A program made the translations under genes and the position numbers. DNA of 64,000 bases from Eledone cirrhosa (Eukaryota): the NCBI GenBank assembly GCA_964016885.1, contig OZ024743.1, forward strand, positions 210,924,001 through 210,988,000, in the 5' to 3' direction. Every line of letters starts with the position of its first letter. The first letter of the stretch is position 1. A model generated the notes under the pieces. The model made no database searches. It was not told where the DNA came from and saw only the letters and a program-made list of their open reading frames with translations. Of this stretch, positions 55,716 to 64,000 are shown one piece after another.

Positions 55716-56222
55716 GTGGCTGGGACCTGTGGATGAGGCAGACCCAAAAAGATATGGGATGAGGTTGTGAAGACCAACCTTAAAAAACTGAACCTCATAA
55801 CAGAAATTACTAAAGACTGCAGGGACTGGCACTATGCTGTGCTGAAGAAGACATGACCTGCAGCAAACAATGTGAACTGAGTTGAAAAGACCCTTCAGTC
55901 ATGTCAAGGACATGACAACCCCCCTAGTGTTTGACCTACACAATAAACACACTCAGTACATGCTGTAAAGTGGTTGGTGATAGGAAAGGCATTCAGCCAT
56001 AGAAATTTTACCAAACAAAGGGCTGGGAGGACACTCAGTTGTGTCAAAGACATGACAACTTCTCCTGTGCACTCGGTGAAGCGTCAACCATACATAAGCG
56101 AGACACAGGTCGCTGGTCTGCCTGGAAAATCAGTGGTTCCACTTCAGTTCTGACATCGTCTATGTAGACTCATCTAACCCTTGCTAGCAGGAAAAGTGGA
56201 CGTTAAAATGACAATGATGATA
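55716..56222 (+). mobile_element. 5'-truncated RTE-clade LINE: ORF C-terminus plus 3' UTR and tail
   Basis: 55716-55856 translates VAGTCG*GRPKKIWDEVVKTNLKKLNLITEITKDCRDWHYAVLKKT*, the RGRP..TW...V..DL......DR..WR C-terminus typical of RTE ORFs, with an internal stop at 55734-55736. The UTR ends aaagtggacgttaaaatgacaatgatga. Confidence 0.85.
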
Positions 56223-56234
56223 TATATATAAGAC

Positions 56235-56600
56235 AGGTGGATTTCAGAATTTGTAGAGTGCCAGACAAAATACTTTTTGGTATTTTGCTACACCCCTTTA
56301 CATTCTATAATGGATTATAGAAATCAGAATGTGAGTTCAATTCCCGGACCAGGCAGTGTGTTGTGTCCTTGAGCAAGACACTTTATTTCACATGTTCCAA
56401 TTCACTCAACTGTAGAAATGAATTGTGATGTCCCTTGAGCCAAGCTGTATCGGCCTTTGTCTTTCCCTTGGACAACACCTGTGGCATATAGAAGGGAGAC
56501 CGCTGGTCTTCCGCAAAAATAACCGTGCCTAGATTTTGTGCCTCAGAGAACAACTTTCTAGGTGTGACACCCATGGTCATTCATGACTTAAGGGGGTCTC
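56235..56600 (+). mobile_element. SINE fragments: a degenerate head followed by a B-box/CORE-like SINE with a different tail
   Basis: gtgagttcaattcccggacc...gtgttgtgtccttgagcaagacactttatttcac...cactcaactgtagaaatga matches the reverse complement of 51415-51507. Confidence 0.75.
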
Positions 56601-56675
56601 TACAATGGCTCAATCAATATTAAATCTTTTGATAATGATAAAAAAAATCTCTTTTGAGTATGACTAAAACTTCAC

Positions 56676-56814
56676 CTTTTCTGAAGTCCTGCATAATAAC
56701 TGTTTAATTCATTGCAAGTCTGTAAACATGATTGAATTGTCATTTTATCCACTGATGTCTTATTGCCTGTTAAAAATGGAGTCCAATGTGTTTGATAACA
56801 TCCTAAATATGTAT
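56676..56814 (-). CDS. Internal coding exon (139 nt, phase 1->2): N-terminal half of a second WSC domain
   Basis: Acceptor ttttattttctag| and donor AG|gtgaag. Translation (H)TYLGCYQTHWTPFLTGNKTSVDKMTIQSCLQTCNELNSYYAGLQK(R) has the WSC motifs YLGCY, MT...C...C and YAGLQ. In frame with both neighbouring exons. Not in the ORF track. Confidence 0.92.
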
Positions 56815-57220
56815 CTAGAAAATAAAATTTAAATTATTGAGATATTTCTTTGGTAAAATCAAAATCAAATGGTCTAACTGACTGATACAATAAGATATTA
56901 ATATTCTCAGAATGATATACTACAAGCTAGTGTGTTAAAGGAGTCAACCCCCAGAAAGCAATACATTAATATCTAGTTCACTGCTCCATCATCCAATTTA
57001 TGAAAAATTTTCTATTTTTCTCTTACCTGGTCTACAATAAATTAAGTGGAGATAGTTGTCTTAAGAATCTTACAAGTTAATGAGAGAGAAGAAACTAATA
57101 TCTTATCCCTTTAACCATTGTTAAATGGTCATGTGGATTGTATATCTGGACACCAGTGAAATACTATAAACTGATTCAATAGTCTATCAGTGTCCAGAGT
57201 TTAGTGATTTCTATTTTTGC

Positions 57221-57461
57221 TATTAGTACTGGTCTGTGTCTATAGTGGTTTATATGTTGGTATTAGTACTGGTCTGTGTCTATAGTGGTTTATATGTTGG
57301 TATTAGTACTGGTCTGTGTCTATAGTATAGTGGTTTATATGTTGGTATCAGTACTGGTCTGTGTCTATAGTATAGTGGTTTATATGTTGGTATTAGTACT
57401 GGTCTGTGTCTATAGTATAGTGGTTTATATGTTGGTATTAGTACTGGTCTGTGTCTATAGT
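57221..57461. repeat. Minisatellite, 40/45-bp unit, ~5.6 copies
   Basis: tattagtactggtctgtgtctatag(tatag)tggtttatatgttgg: two 40-mers, three 45-mers and a partial copy. Confidence 0.97.
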
Positions 57462-57624
57462 GTAACTGTAATAGTAGCCAATCACTAAAGATAATAGTGT
57501 AGTAAATTATCTTTAGAGATGGAAAAACAATGCCTGTGAGGAATTAAACCCTGTATCTCTTGAATACTGTGTTTAATGTAATGTAACCATTGCAACAAGG
57601 GGAGTCACTGATGATGTAGTGTTA

Positions 57625-57795
57625 TTAATGTTTCTTAATTTCTAATTTAGGCACGAAGCCAATAAATTTTTTTCAGGGGAGGGTAAAGTTGATTAAATCA
57701 ACCCCAGTACCTGTCTAGTACTTTATTTTATCGACCCGCATGCGCGAAAGGATAAAGTTCACTTTGGCAGGATTTGAACTCACTAATTCTGCCAA
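57625..57795 (-). mobile_element. SINE fragment
   Basis: tttaggcacgaagcc...atcaaccccagtac...tagtactttattttatcgaccc...ggcaggatttgaactc, the same family as 50240 and 50915. Confidence 0.7.
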
Positions 57796-57979
57796 TACAA
57801 AGCCCCCAAATATATAAAATGAAATCAATTACTTAACTATTAGATATTACAAATCCTTCTTTTGGACGAATATTTCCTGAAAAATATAAAATAAAATGTG
57901 AAAATAGATATTAATTTTGAAAAGAAAATTAGAAGCTTTCGCTGTATATTGATTACAGAAAATAGTATTATATTAGGGA

Positions 57980-58030
57980 ATCATCATCATCATCATTTAA
58001 TGTCCATCTTCCACGCTAGCATGGGTAGGA
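57980..58030 (-). mobile_element. Short RTE/SINE tail remnant
   Basis: (CAT)5 ttaatgtccatcttccacgctagcatgggt. Confidence 0.65.
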
Positions 58031-58595
58031 ATATTAATTCTATTTTTTTAATTTTCAACCACCACCATATTCTAATTTACATTTGCTTATAAATATTAAT
58101 GGGTTTATTTTTCTAAAATAAACTCAACATAAGATATATTTAGGAGGGAAGGTGTATAGTTTTTTTTATATCAACCGCAATATTTGATTGTTTTATTTTA
58201 TAGATTTTGATATTGATAGGATTTGAACAGAAAACATGGAGGGACATATCCCTTTATTATAAAGGTTTTTACAACATTAAAATAACAGATTAAGAAGCAA
58301 CAAAACAAATCCCATTATACTACTAATTATATATGACAAACACCTATTCACTTCCATCCCACCTTCATACTACATACATCCCAGTAATAAACAGGTGTAC
58401 CTGGAGATGCTGTAAAATTTCATATAAACCTATTGAAAACATATAATAATATTCAATGAATGAACCAATAAAATGTCCGGCTTTAGCATGGGAGGGCGGG
58501 TTAGAACTTTTATAATGGTTACAAATTCATTTTAAACATTTTATGAATTACCAGAAGTCTTTTTTACAGATGGACAAAAATAACTGAAGCCTTAA

Positions 58596-59537
58596 CCCTT
58601 TCTATAGCAAATTTCCTGAAACTGACACTGGCTTTATGATACAAACTTCCTGAAACTGATCCTGGCTTTATGATACAAACTTCCTGAAACTGATCCTGGC
58701 TTTATGATACAAACTTCCTGAAACTGATCCTGGCTTTATGATACAAACTTCCTGAAACTGATCCTGGCTTTATGATACAAACTTCCTGAAACTGATCCTG
58801 GCTTTATGATACAACCTTCCTGAAACTGATCCTGGCTTTATGATACAAACTTCCTGAAACTGATCCTGGCTTTATGATACAACCTTCCTGAAACTGATCC
58901 TGGCTTTATGATACAAACTTCCAGAAACTGATCCTGGCTTTATGATACAAACTTCCTGAAACTGATCTTGGCTTTATGATACAAACTTCCTGAAACTGAT
59001 CTTAGCTTTATGATACACACTTTCTGAAACTGATCTTGGCTTTATAATACACACTTCCTGAAACTGATCTTGGCTTTATGATACAAAACTGTTTATTTCA
59101 AAGTGTAGAAAATAATGTTTTGTTTCAAAGCTACCAGAATGTAAAGTGGACAGTACTTGAAAATGTTAAAAAATATAATAACAATAATGTTGGTGTGTTA
59201 CCTTAAAGTCCTTTACAGGTCCTTATATTTTGATAAGATTGATAAAAGAAACTAGTTCAGAGCTATGTATTTTTTGTTGCTCTTAATTTGACATTTTTTG
59301 AAATTTTAAAGTGGAGTTGTTTTTTTTCAATTATTTCTACACTTTACACAATGCTTCAAGCAAATTACAATACCCCCATATTTTAAAGTGCTTAACTCTA
59401 TCTAAAAACTGTACATCATAAATTTACATAAGAACCTTTGTTATGTTATATTCCAAATACCAACTCAATATCCCTCCAAATTCTTGATTTTAAAATGGTA
59501 GACAGTGTCTTTCATTGGAAATATAGTAATGAAAGGG
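58596..59537. mobile_element. Non-autonomous TTAA-specific DNA transposon (piggyBac-like MITE), 942 bp
   Basis: TTAA (58592-58595) CCCTTTCTATAGCAAATTTCC ... GGAAATATAGTAATGAAAGGG TTAA (59538-59541). Imperfect terminal inverted repeats, 16/21 matches, extending further (tgaaa..gacactg). No ORF. Confidence 0.7.
58609..59086. repeat. Minisatellite, 34-bp unit, 14 copies, inside the MITE
   Basis: aaacttcctgaaactgatcctggctttatgatac in tandem. The last four copies carry the atctt variant. Confidence 0.98.
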
Positions 59538-59651
59538 TTAAATACAAAGTTGAAATCAAAGTTGAAATCCCACTGGAGCTGATATGCTAAAACCCAACAT
59601 ATAGAAAAATAGACTGTATCACATTAAAATTATAGTTTTTCTTTTAATACT

Positions 59652-59962
59652 TCTGTCCACCAATAAAGATACTATAAAACATTTAAATTAACAAACCTGT
59701 TTTGAGATATTTTCTACTAAATCATTAACAGGCTATTAATATATAATACTGTAAATTTTCACAACAATCTGTCCAGTAGTAAAGGTACAATAAACATTTG
59801 AATTAACAAACCTGTTTTTAAATATTTTCTGCTAAATCATTAACAGGATATTAAGATAATATTGAAAATTTTCACAATAATCTGTCCACCAATAAAGATA
59901 CTATACTCATGTGAATTAACAGACCTGTTTTGAGATATTTCTGTTTTGAGATATTCTGCTAA
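59652..59962. repeat. Diverged tandem repeat, ~115-bp unit, ~2.7 copies
   Basis: tctgtcca...aaag.tac.at...gaattaaca.acctgtttt recurs at 59652, 59768 and 59881. Confidence 0.85.
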
Positions 59963-61399
59963 ACAAAGAATCAAATGTGATTTCTAGTGTCAAAAGGTCT
60001 TAGATAAAAGTCAGTTTCAACTTGCACAACTTAACTGATCAAATTGGAACACCTTTCACTTAAATGAATCATTGGAAAACGATTTACATTCCTGATTTTT
60101 TTTAGATTATATAAATTTTTTTTTTTTAATAATCAACAGATATTTGATAAATGAAAAAGTACTTTAAAAAAAGAAAGAAAAATATTAATAGTAAATAGAA
60201 TAAAAAATACTGAAAAAGGCAATCAATATTAACTTAAAATGAAAAGATGTTTGTTATCATAAAGAAAGAAGCAAATATGCAGCCAGAGAAATTAATGAAA
60301 GACAATAATGATAACAGCATTTTTATACATCTTTTACAAAAGAAAAAAAACAACAACAAAACTGTTAACAAACAGTAAGAAGGCTTATGAAAATATTAGG
60401 GCACTTCAAAAATATGTAGTCATTAAATTCTAAATACATTGAAATAAATGAGTGAGATAATTTTTCTTTTTCAATGAAATCATACAGAAGGAGGCAGAGG
60501 AGGAGAAATGGAAATAAAAAGGATTGATAACACATTGTTCCATAAAAATTCTATCATTTGCAGAAATCTCAGTAAACTAAGCAATGAATCATAACAAGGA
60601 CTGAGTGCAAACTAATTAGAAAGAAAAAAACATGACTCACTTTTCAAATTTTAAACAGTAGACATTGGATAATTGTTGACAATCATCAGTTTCTTTATTT
60701 TTACTTTATTTTGTTTGTTTATTTTATTTTTTTTTGTATTTTTTTCAAAAGGAAATCTATATTCAGAAGCCATACATTTATAACAGAATTAAAATAATGT
60801 ATGAGTAATCTTATCCCTTTTATACATAGAAATAAATGTAGAATTCTTTATGAATGCCATCCATATCCAACAACAAAATATCACACTGATACATTTTCTA
60901 TGATTTAGAAAAGAAAACAAAAGCATCTTTCTAATTCTAATACAGTTTTATTTTCCAGACTTTATCTCAAATTAATTGTGGATATCTGTTCATTGTACTG
61001 ATAATATTTAATGGTATACATCTCACTTATATCATGGAAACCAGCAGAAACATCAACACATGCTCATTTGGAATATGATTTTTCAACATCAGTGCAATAT
61101 TATTATTTTTGACATTATCTCAAAAATTATTTATAAAAATAGATAAAATGCCATTATTTTAGTTTTATATTGGCAAAATAATCTCTATACAGATAACTTA
61201 ATTATCATTAATCCCTGCTAAAAATGTTGTATCAACTCATTTTTCCACACGGCATTAAAATAGATAAATAAAATATTTTAAAATTTAAAGAAACACTTTA
61301 TTACAAAAAAATACTAAGCAAAAATAGACAAATTAAACACTAAATAGTAGGTTCCAGATAAGCAAATAATATTGTAGAATTCATGCTTGGAGAGTATAG

Positions 61400-61700
61400 T
61401 CATCCTCCTCCTCATCGTCATCATCAAATATCTATTCTCTCTATTAACAAAGGGTTGGATGGGTCGTCACACACCAAGAAATAGTTAATCAAAGCTGCTA
61501 AACTCTCAGATAAGCTGAAATGTTACATCATGCTTACATATGTTTCTGCGCTCTCTCTCTCTTCAGAGTGCCCTGTATGCACTAAAAAGGTTGTCATATC
61601 TCTGAAATAACTGAAGAGCCCTCTCAACCATTTGTCCTTCCTATCACCAACCACTTTACAGAGTGTACTTGGTGTACTAGTACTGGATGAAACACACCCA
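61400..61700 (-). mobile_element. Degenerate RTE/SINE tail copy
   Basis: cat/cct triplet tract, aagggttggatggg, and ccttcctatcaccaaccactttacagagtgtact. Confidence 0.6.
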
Positions 61701-62071
61701 GTACTAGTAGTGTCTATTACAATTTATGAATGCTAGTGAAACCCACATATTCAATCCTTGTTTAACTATGATCAAAATAAATAGAACATTTGTTTTTAAT
61801 CAATAAATTATTGCTTCTGACAGAACCTGCTGGAAGGAGTGTTTGAGGACTCTGACCCCCATGTCCCTCTCAAGAAGAAGACAAAGACAAAGAAAAATGA
61901 TTATGATGATGTTAAACAAATTCAGGGAGTCTTGACCCCTACCAGAAGCAATTTATTTGGCAATGGAGATTATTATGAAAAATATGAAACCATTGTTAGT
62001 GAGGGGAAAATAAATGATGTTGTGAAGAAGTTCCTCTTAATGAAATTAATATCAATTTTATTATTACTTAC

Positions 62072-62202
62072 GTAATTTATAAACCTGTACAGCCTTCGTC
62101 CCACCACAATAAAACCGAAAATCTGTTGGGCATTCTATTGAACATTCATCTTCACTAACTTGTGTTAAGTGTTTCTCGCTCGGCGTGCAATAACATTGAT
62201 CA
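62072..62202 (-). CDS. Internal coding exon (131 nt, phase 2->1): C-terminal half of a WSC domain
   Basis: Acceptor aatctttaattgtag| and donor |gtaagt. Translation DQCYCTPSEKHLTQVSEDECSIECPTDFRFYCGGTKAVQVYKL matches the WSC C-terminal pattern CxC...C...C.....CGG...vY. Confidence 0.9.
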
Positions 62203-62420
62203 CTACAATTAAAGATTTTAATGTAAATTAAACAGGGATGAAGGTAAAATAGAAGGTAATGAGTCATCAGTGGTGTAGCAAAGGTTCTCAACATTTATTG
62301 GTTGGGGGGGGGGAGCACTTTGGGTGCATCAGTTGTATAGAATTTTAAATTATAATATGAGCAAAACTGCCTTGCATTTCTCCCAGTATTTTACATCCCT
62401 TTTGTTTCAGCTTAGTTGAT

Positions 62421-62860
62421 ATCATCATCATCATTTAACATTCATCTTTTCCCTGTTAGCAAGGGCTGGAAGGGTCATCACTGGCCATGTCACTACTTAG
62501 TTGGTGTTACTGGTTTCCTAGATGGGCTGTGTGAATTTATCATGACAGCAACATTAAGGGCTGGAAGGGTCATCACTGGCTATGTCAGTACTTAGTTGGT
62601 GTTACTGGTTTCCCAGATGGGTTGTGTGAATTTATCATGGCACCAGCATTAAGGGCTGGATGAGTCATTACTGGCCATGTCAGTTCTTAGTTGGTTTTAC
62701 TGCTTTCCCAGATGGGTTGTGTGGATGTATCATGGCACCAGCATTAAGGAAGTTGTTATGTCTTCAACACAACTGTTTGGCAAATTTTGACAAGTTCTCT
62801 AAGATAGGATGCCCTCCCTATCATTAACCACTTTACAGAGTGAACTGGGTGTGTTTATAG
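62421..62860 (-). mobile_element. RTE/SINE tail copy containing an internal tandem triplication
   Basis: (ATC)n atttaacattcatctttttccctgttagcaagggctgga ... ggatgccctccctatcattaaccactttacagagtg. Confidence 0.65.
62461..62749. repeat. Tandem repeat, 95-bp unit x3
   Basis: aagggctgga...cttagttgg...agatggg.tgtgtg...cattaagg begins at 62461, 62556 and 62651. Confidence 0.93.
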
Positions 62861-63017
62861 ACTTGCCTGAAGGTCCCTCTTTATGCTATAGGGCAGGGTG
62901 GGAATGAGATGGGGAAAATTTCATGTGTTATGAAAATATGGACATTTTTTTTATTTTATAAATTTAGGAGAAATGCTGAGTACAATTTAACTCAAAAAGT
63001 AATGGATCGGTAGAAAA

Positions 63018-63492
63018 TGTGTGTCACACACACACTTGCATGTGTGTGTAAGAGATGGCAGTGGATGTGTATCACACACTTTCATGTGTGTGTAAGAGAT
63101 GGCAGTGGATGTGTATCACACACTTTCATGTGTGTGTAACAGAGATGGCAGTGGATGTGTGTAATAGAGAAGGCTGTGGATGTGTGTCACACACTTTCAT
63201 GTGTGTGTAACAGAGATGGCAGTGGATGTGTGTCACACACACTTTCATGTGTGTGTAACAGAGATGACTGTGGATGTGTGTCACACACACTTTCATGTGT
63301 GTGTAATAGAGAAGGCTGTGGATGCGTGTATAACAGAAGGCTGTGGATGTGTCACACACTTTCATGTGTGTGTAACAAAGAAGGCAGTGGATGTATCACA
63401 CACACTTACATGTGACACACATCCACAGCCTTCTCTGTCACACACACATGCAAGTGTGTTACACACACATGCATGTGTACAGAGAAGGCAGT
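63018..63492. repeat. Degenerate ~42-46-bp TG/CA-rich minisatellite with one inverted unit
   Basis: cacactttcatgtgtgtgtaa(c)agagatggcagtggatgtgt repeated. 63410-63470 is the reverse complement (cacacatccacagccttctctgtcacacacacatgcaagtgtg). Confidence 0.9.
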
Positions 63493-63623
63493 AAATTTGG
63501 TTGAGTTATTGGAATGTTGGATATTTGTTCCAGCTCTTGTGTTCTGAGTTGAAACCTTCACAAAGTCCCCCTCTTTGCATTTTATCTTTTCAGGATTGAT
63601 AAAGAGAGTTGCACCCCACTGTG

Positions 63624-63706
63624 TAGGGACAGCCCTCACTCCTTCCAGCTGTCACATTCTGCATGTTCTGTGTTGGGACAGCCCTCACTCCTTCCAGCTG
63701 TCACAT
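63624..63706. repeat. Direct duplication with 49-bp spacing
   Basis: gggacagccctcactccttccagctgtcacat occurs twice. Confidence 0.9.
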
Positions 63707-63849
63707 CCTGGCTGTTCTGTTGGATCAAAAGACAGAAAGTCAGGGTGTCCACTTATGCTTGCAACTGCATCTAAAAATGTCTGTCTCAAGCCCAGATGCT
63801 CAGGCCAGTACTTGTCCCGGTTTTTGTGGTGTGAAGTGACTGAGAGTAA

Positions 63850-64000
63850 GGTAGGGGTTGGCACAAACACTGAACTGAAGATAGCGAGTTTGGTTTTTAA
63901 ACCTACCTACCTTTTTCTGTTTACTAAATGCTGAAGCTGGCGCATTACTGTACCAGCTCCTGCAATTCTTGCACTTAATTCAGCCTCCTGCCTTCCATAT
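63850..64000 (-). mobile_element. Degenerate RTE-clade (Expander/Rex3-like) LINE fragment, region just C-terminal of the RT core; continues off the right edge
   Basis: Minus-strand translation YGRQEAELSARIAGAGTVMRQLQHLVNRKR*VGLKTKLAIFSSVFVPT resembles the RTE motif G..E.EI..RIG.A..VMR.L......K.ELS.K.KL.I..SIFVPTLTYG. In-frame TAG at 63907-63909. Confidence 0.8.

Noticed and set aside
54305-55832. ORFs 54305-54634, 54956-55306, 55189-55392 and 55527-55832
   Set aside because: They derive from microsatellites, the antisense or wrong frame of the WSC exon, or the antisense of the RTE remnant.
57027-57031. 5-nt microexon-like tttattgtag|ACCAG|gtaag on the minus strand
   Set aside because: Inclusion would frameshift the WSC junction. 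Probably chance, although a poison exon cannot be excluded without RNA data.
57276-57488. Hydrophobic repeat ORF (SIVVYMLVLVLVCVY)n
   Set aside because: Translation of the 45-bp minisatellite.
58609-59086. Array of heat-shock or STAT elements (TTCCTGAA)
   Set aside because: Only two nGAAn pentamers per unit and wrong spacing for a GAS site. No evidence beyond a short motif.
60641-61120. Possible extra exons at minus-strand GT donors near 60640 and 61026
   Set aside because: No convincing acceptor with an open frame and no domain similarity. The flanking WSC exons already join in frame.
62203-62294. N-terminal part of ORF 62064-62294 (MLRTFATP...)
   Set aside because: It lies upstream of the AG acceptor at 62203-62204 and is intronic. 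Only 62072-62202 has WSC character.
63126-63494. Cys/His-rich ORFs resembling metallothionein or zinc fingers
   Set aside because: TG/CA minisatellite translation gives C, V, H and T in all frames.

Overview
Eukaryotic genomic DNA, most likely an octopus or other cephalopod. This is inferred from the interspersed repeat families and is not verified. Positions 1-~48429 are one uninterrupted head-to-tail satellite of about 890 monomers of 55 or 53 bp (consensus ATGAAAGCTCTTCACTCCATAAGATATACCACAGTTTACCATCCTATAGCCA[CAC/CAG/G]). The array has nested higher-order repeats (326, 489, 1094, 1803, 2178, 2885, 3421, 4912, ~5.1k and ~6.2k bp), a left-to-right gradient of variants and a monomeric edge zone. 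The many 'MKALHSIRY...' ORFs in the ORF track are by-products of this repeat. Positions 48430-64000 are AT-rich intron-like DNA with tRNA-derived SINEs, RTE-LINE remnants, minisatellites and a TTAA-flanked MITE. This part also holds three phase-compatible minus-strand exons (62072-62202, 56676-56814, 55090-55220), mostly missed by the ORF track, that encode tandem WSC domains. The gene is transcribed towards the satellite, so the array lies either in an intron or just downstream of the 3' end. There are no prokaryotic genes, CRISPR arrays or intact transposon ORFs. I found no firm evidence of a novel biochemical system; the main items of interest are the satellite architecture and its relation to the WSC gene.
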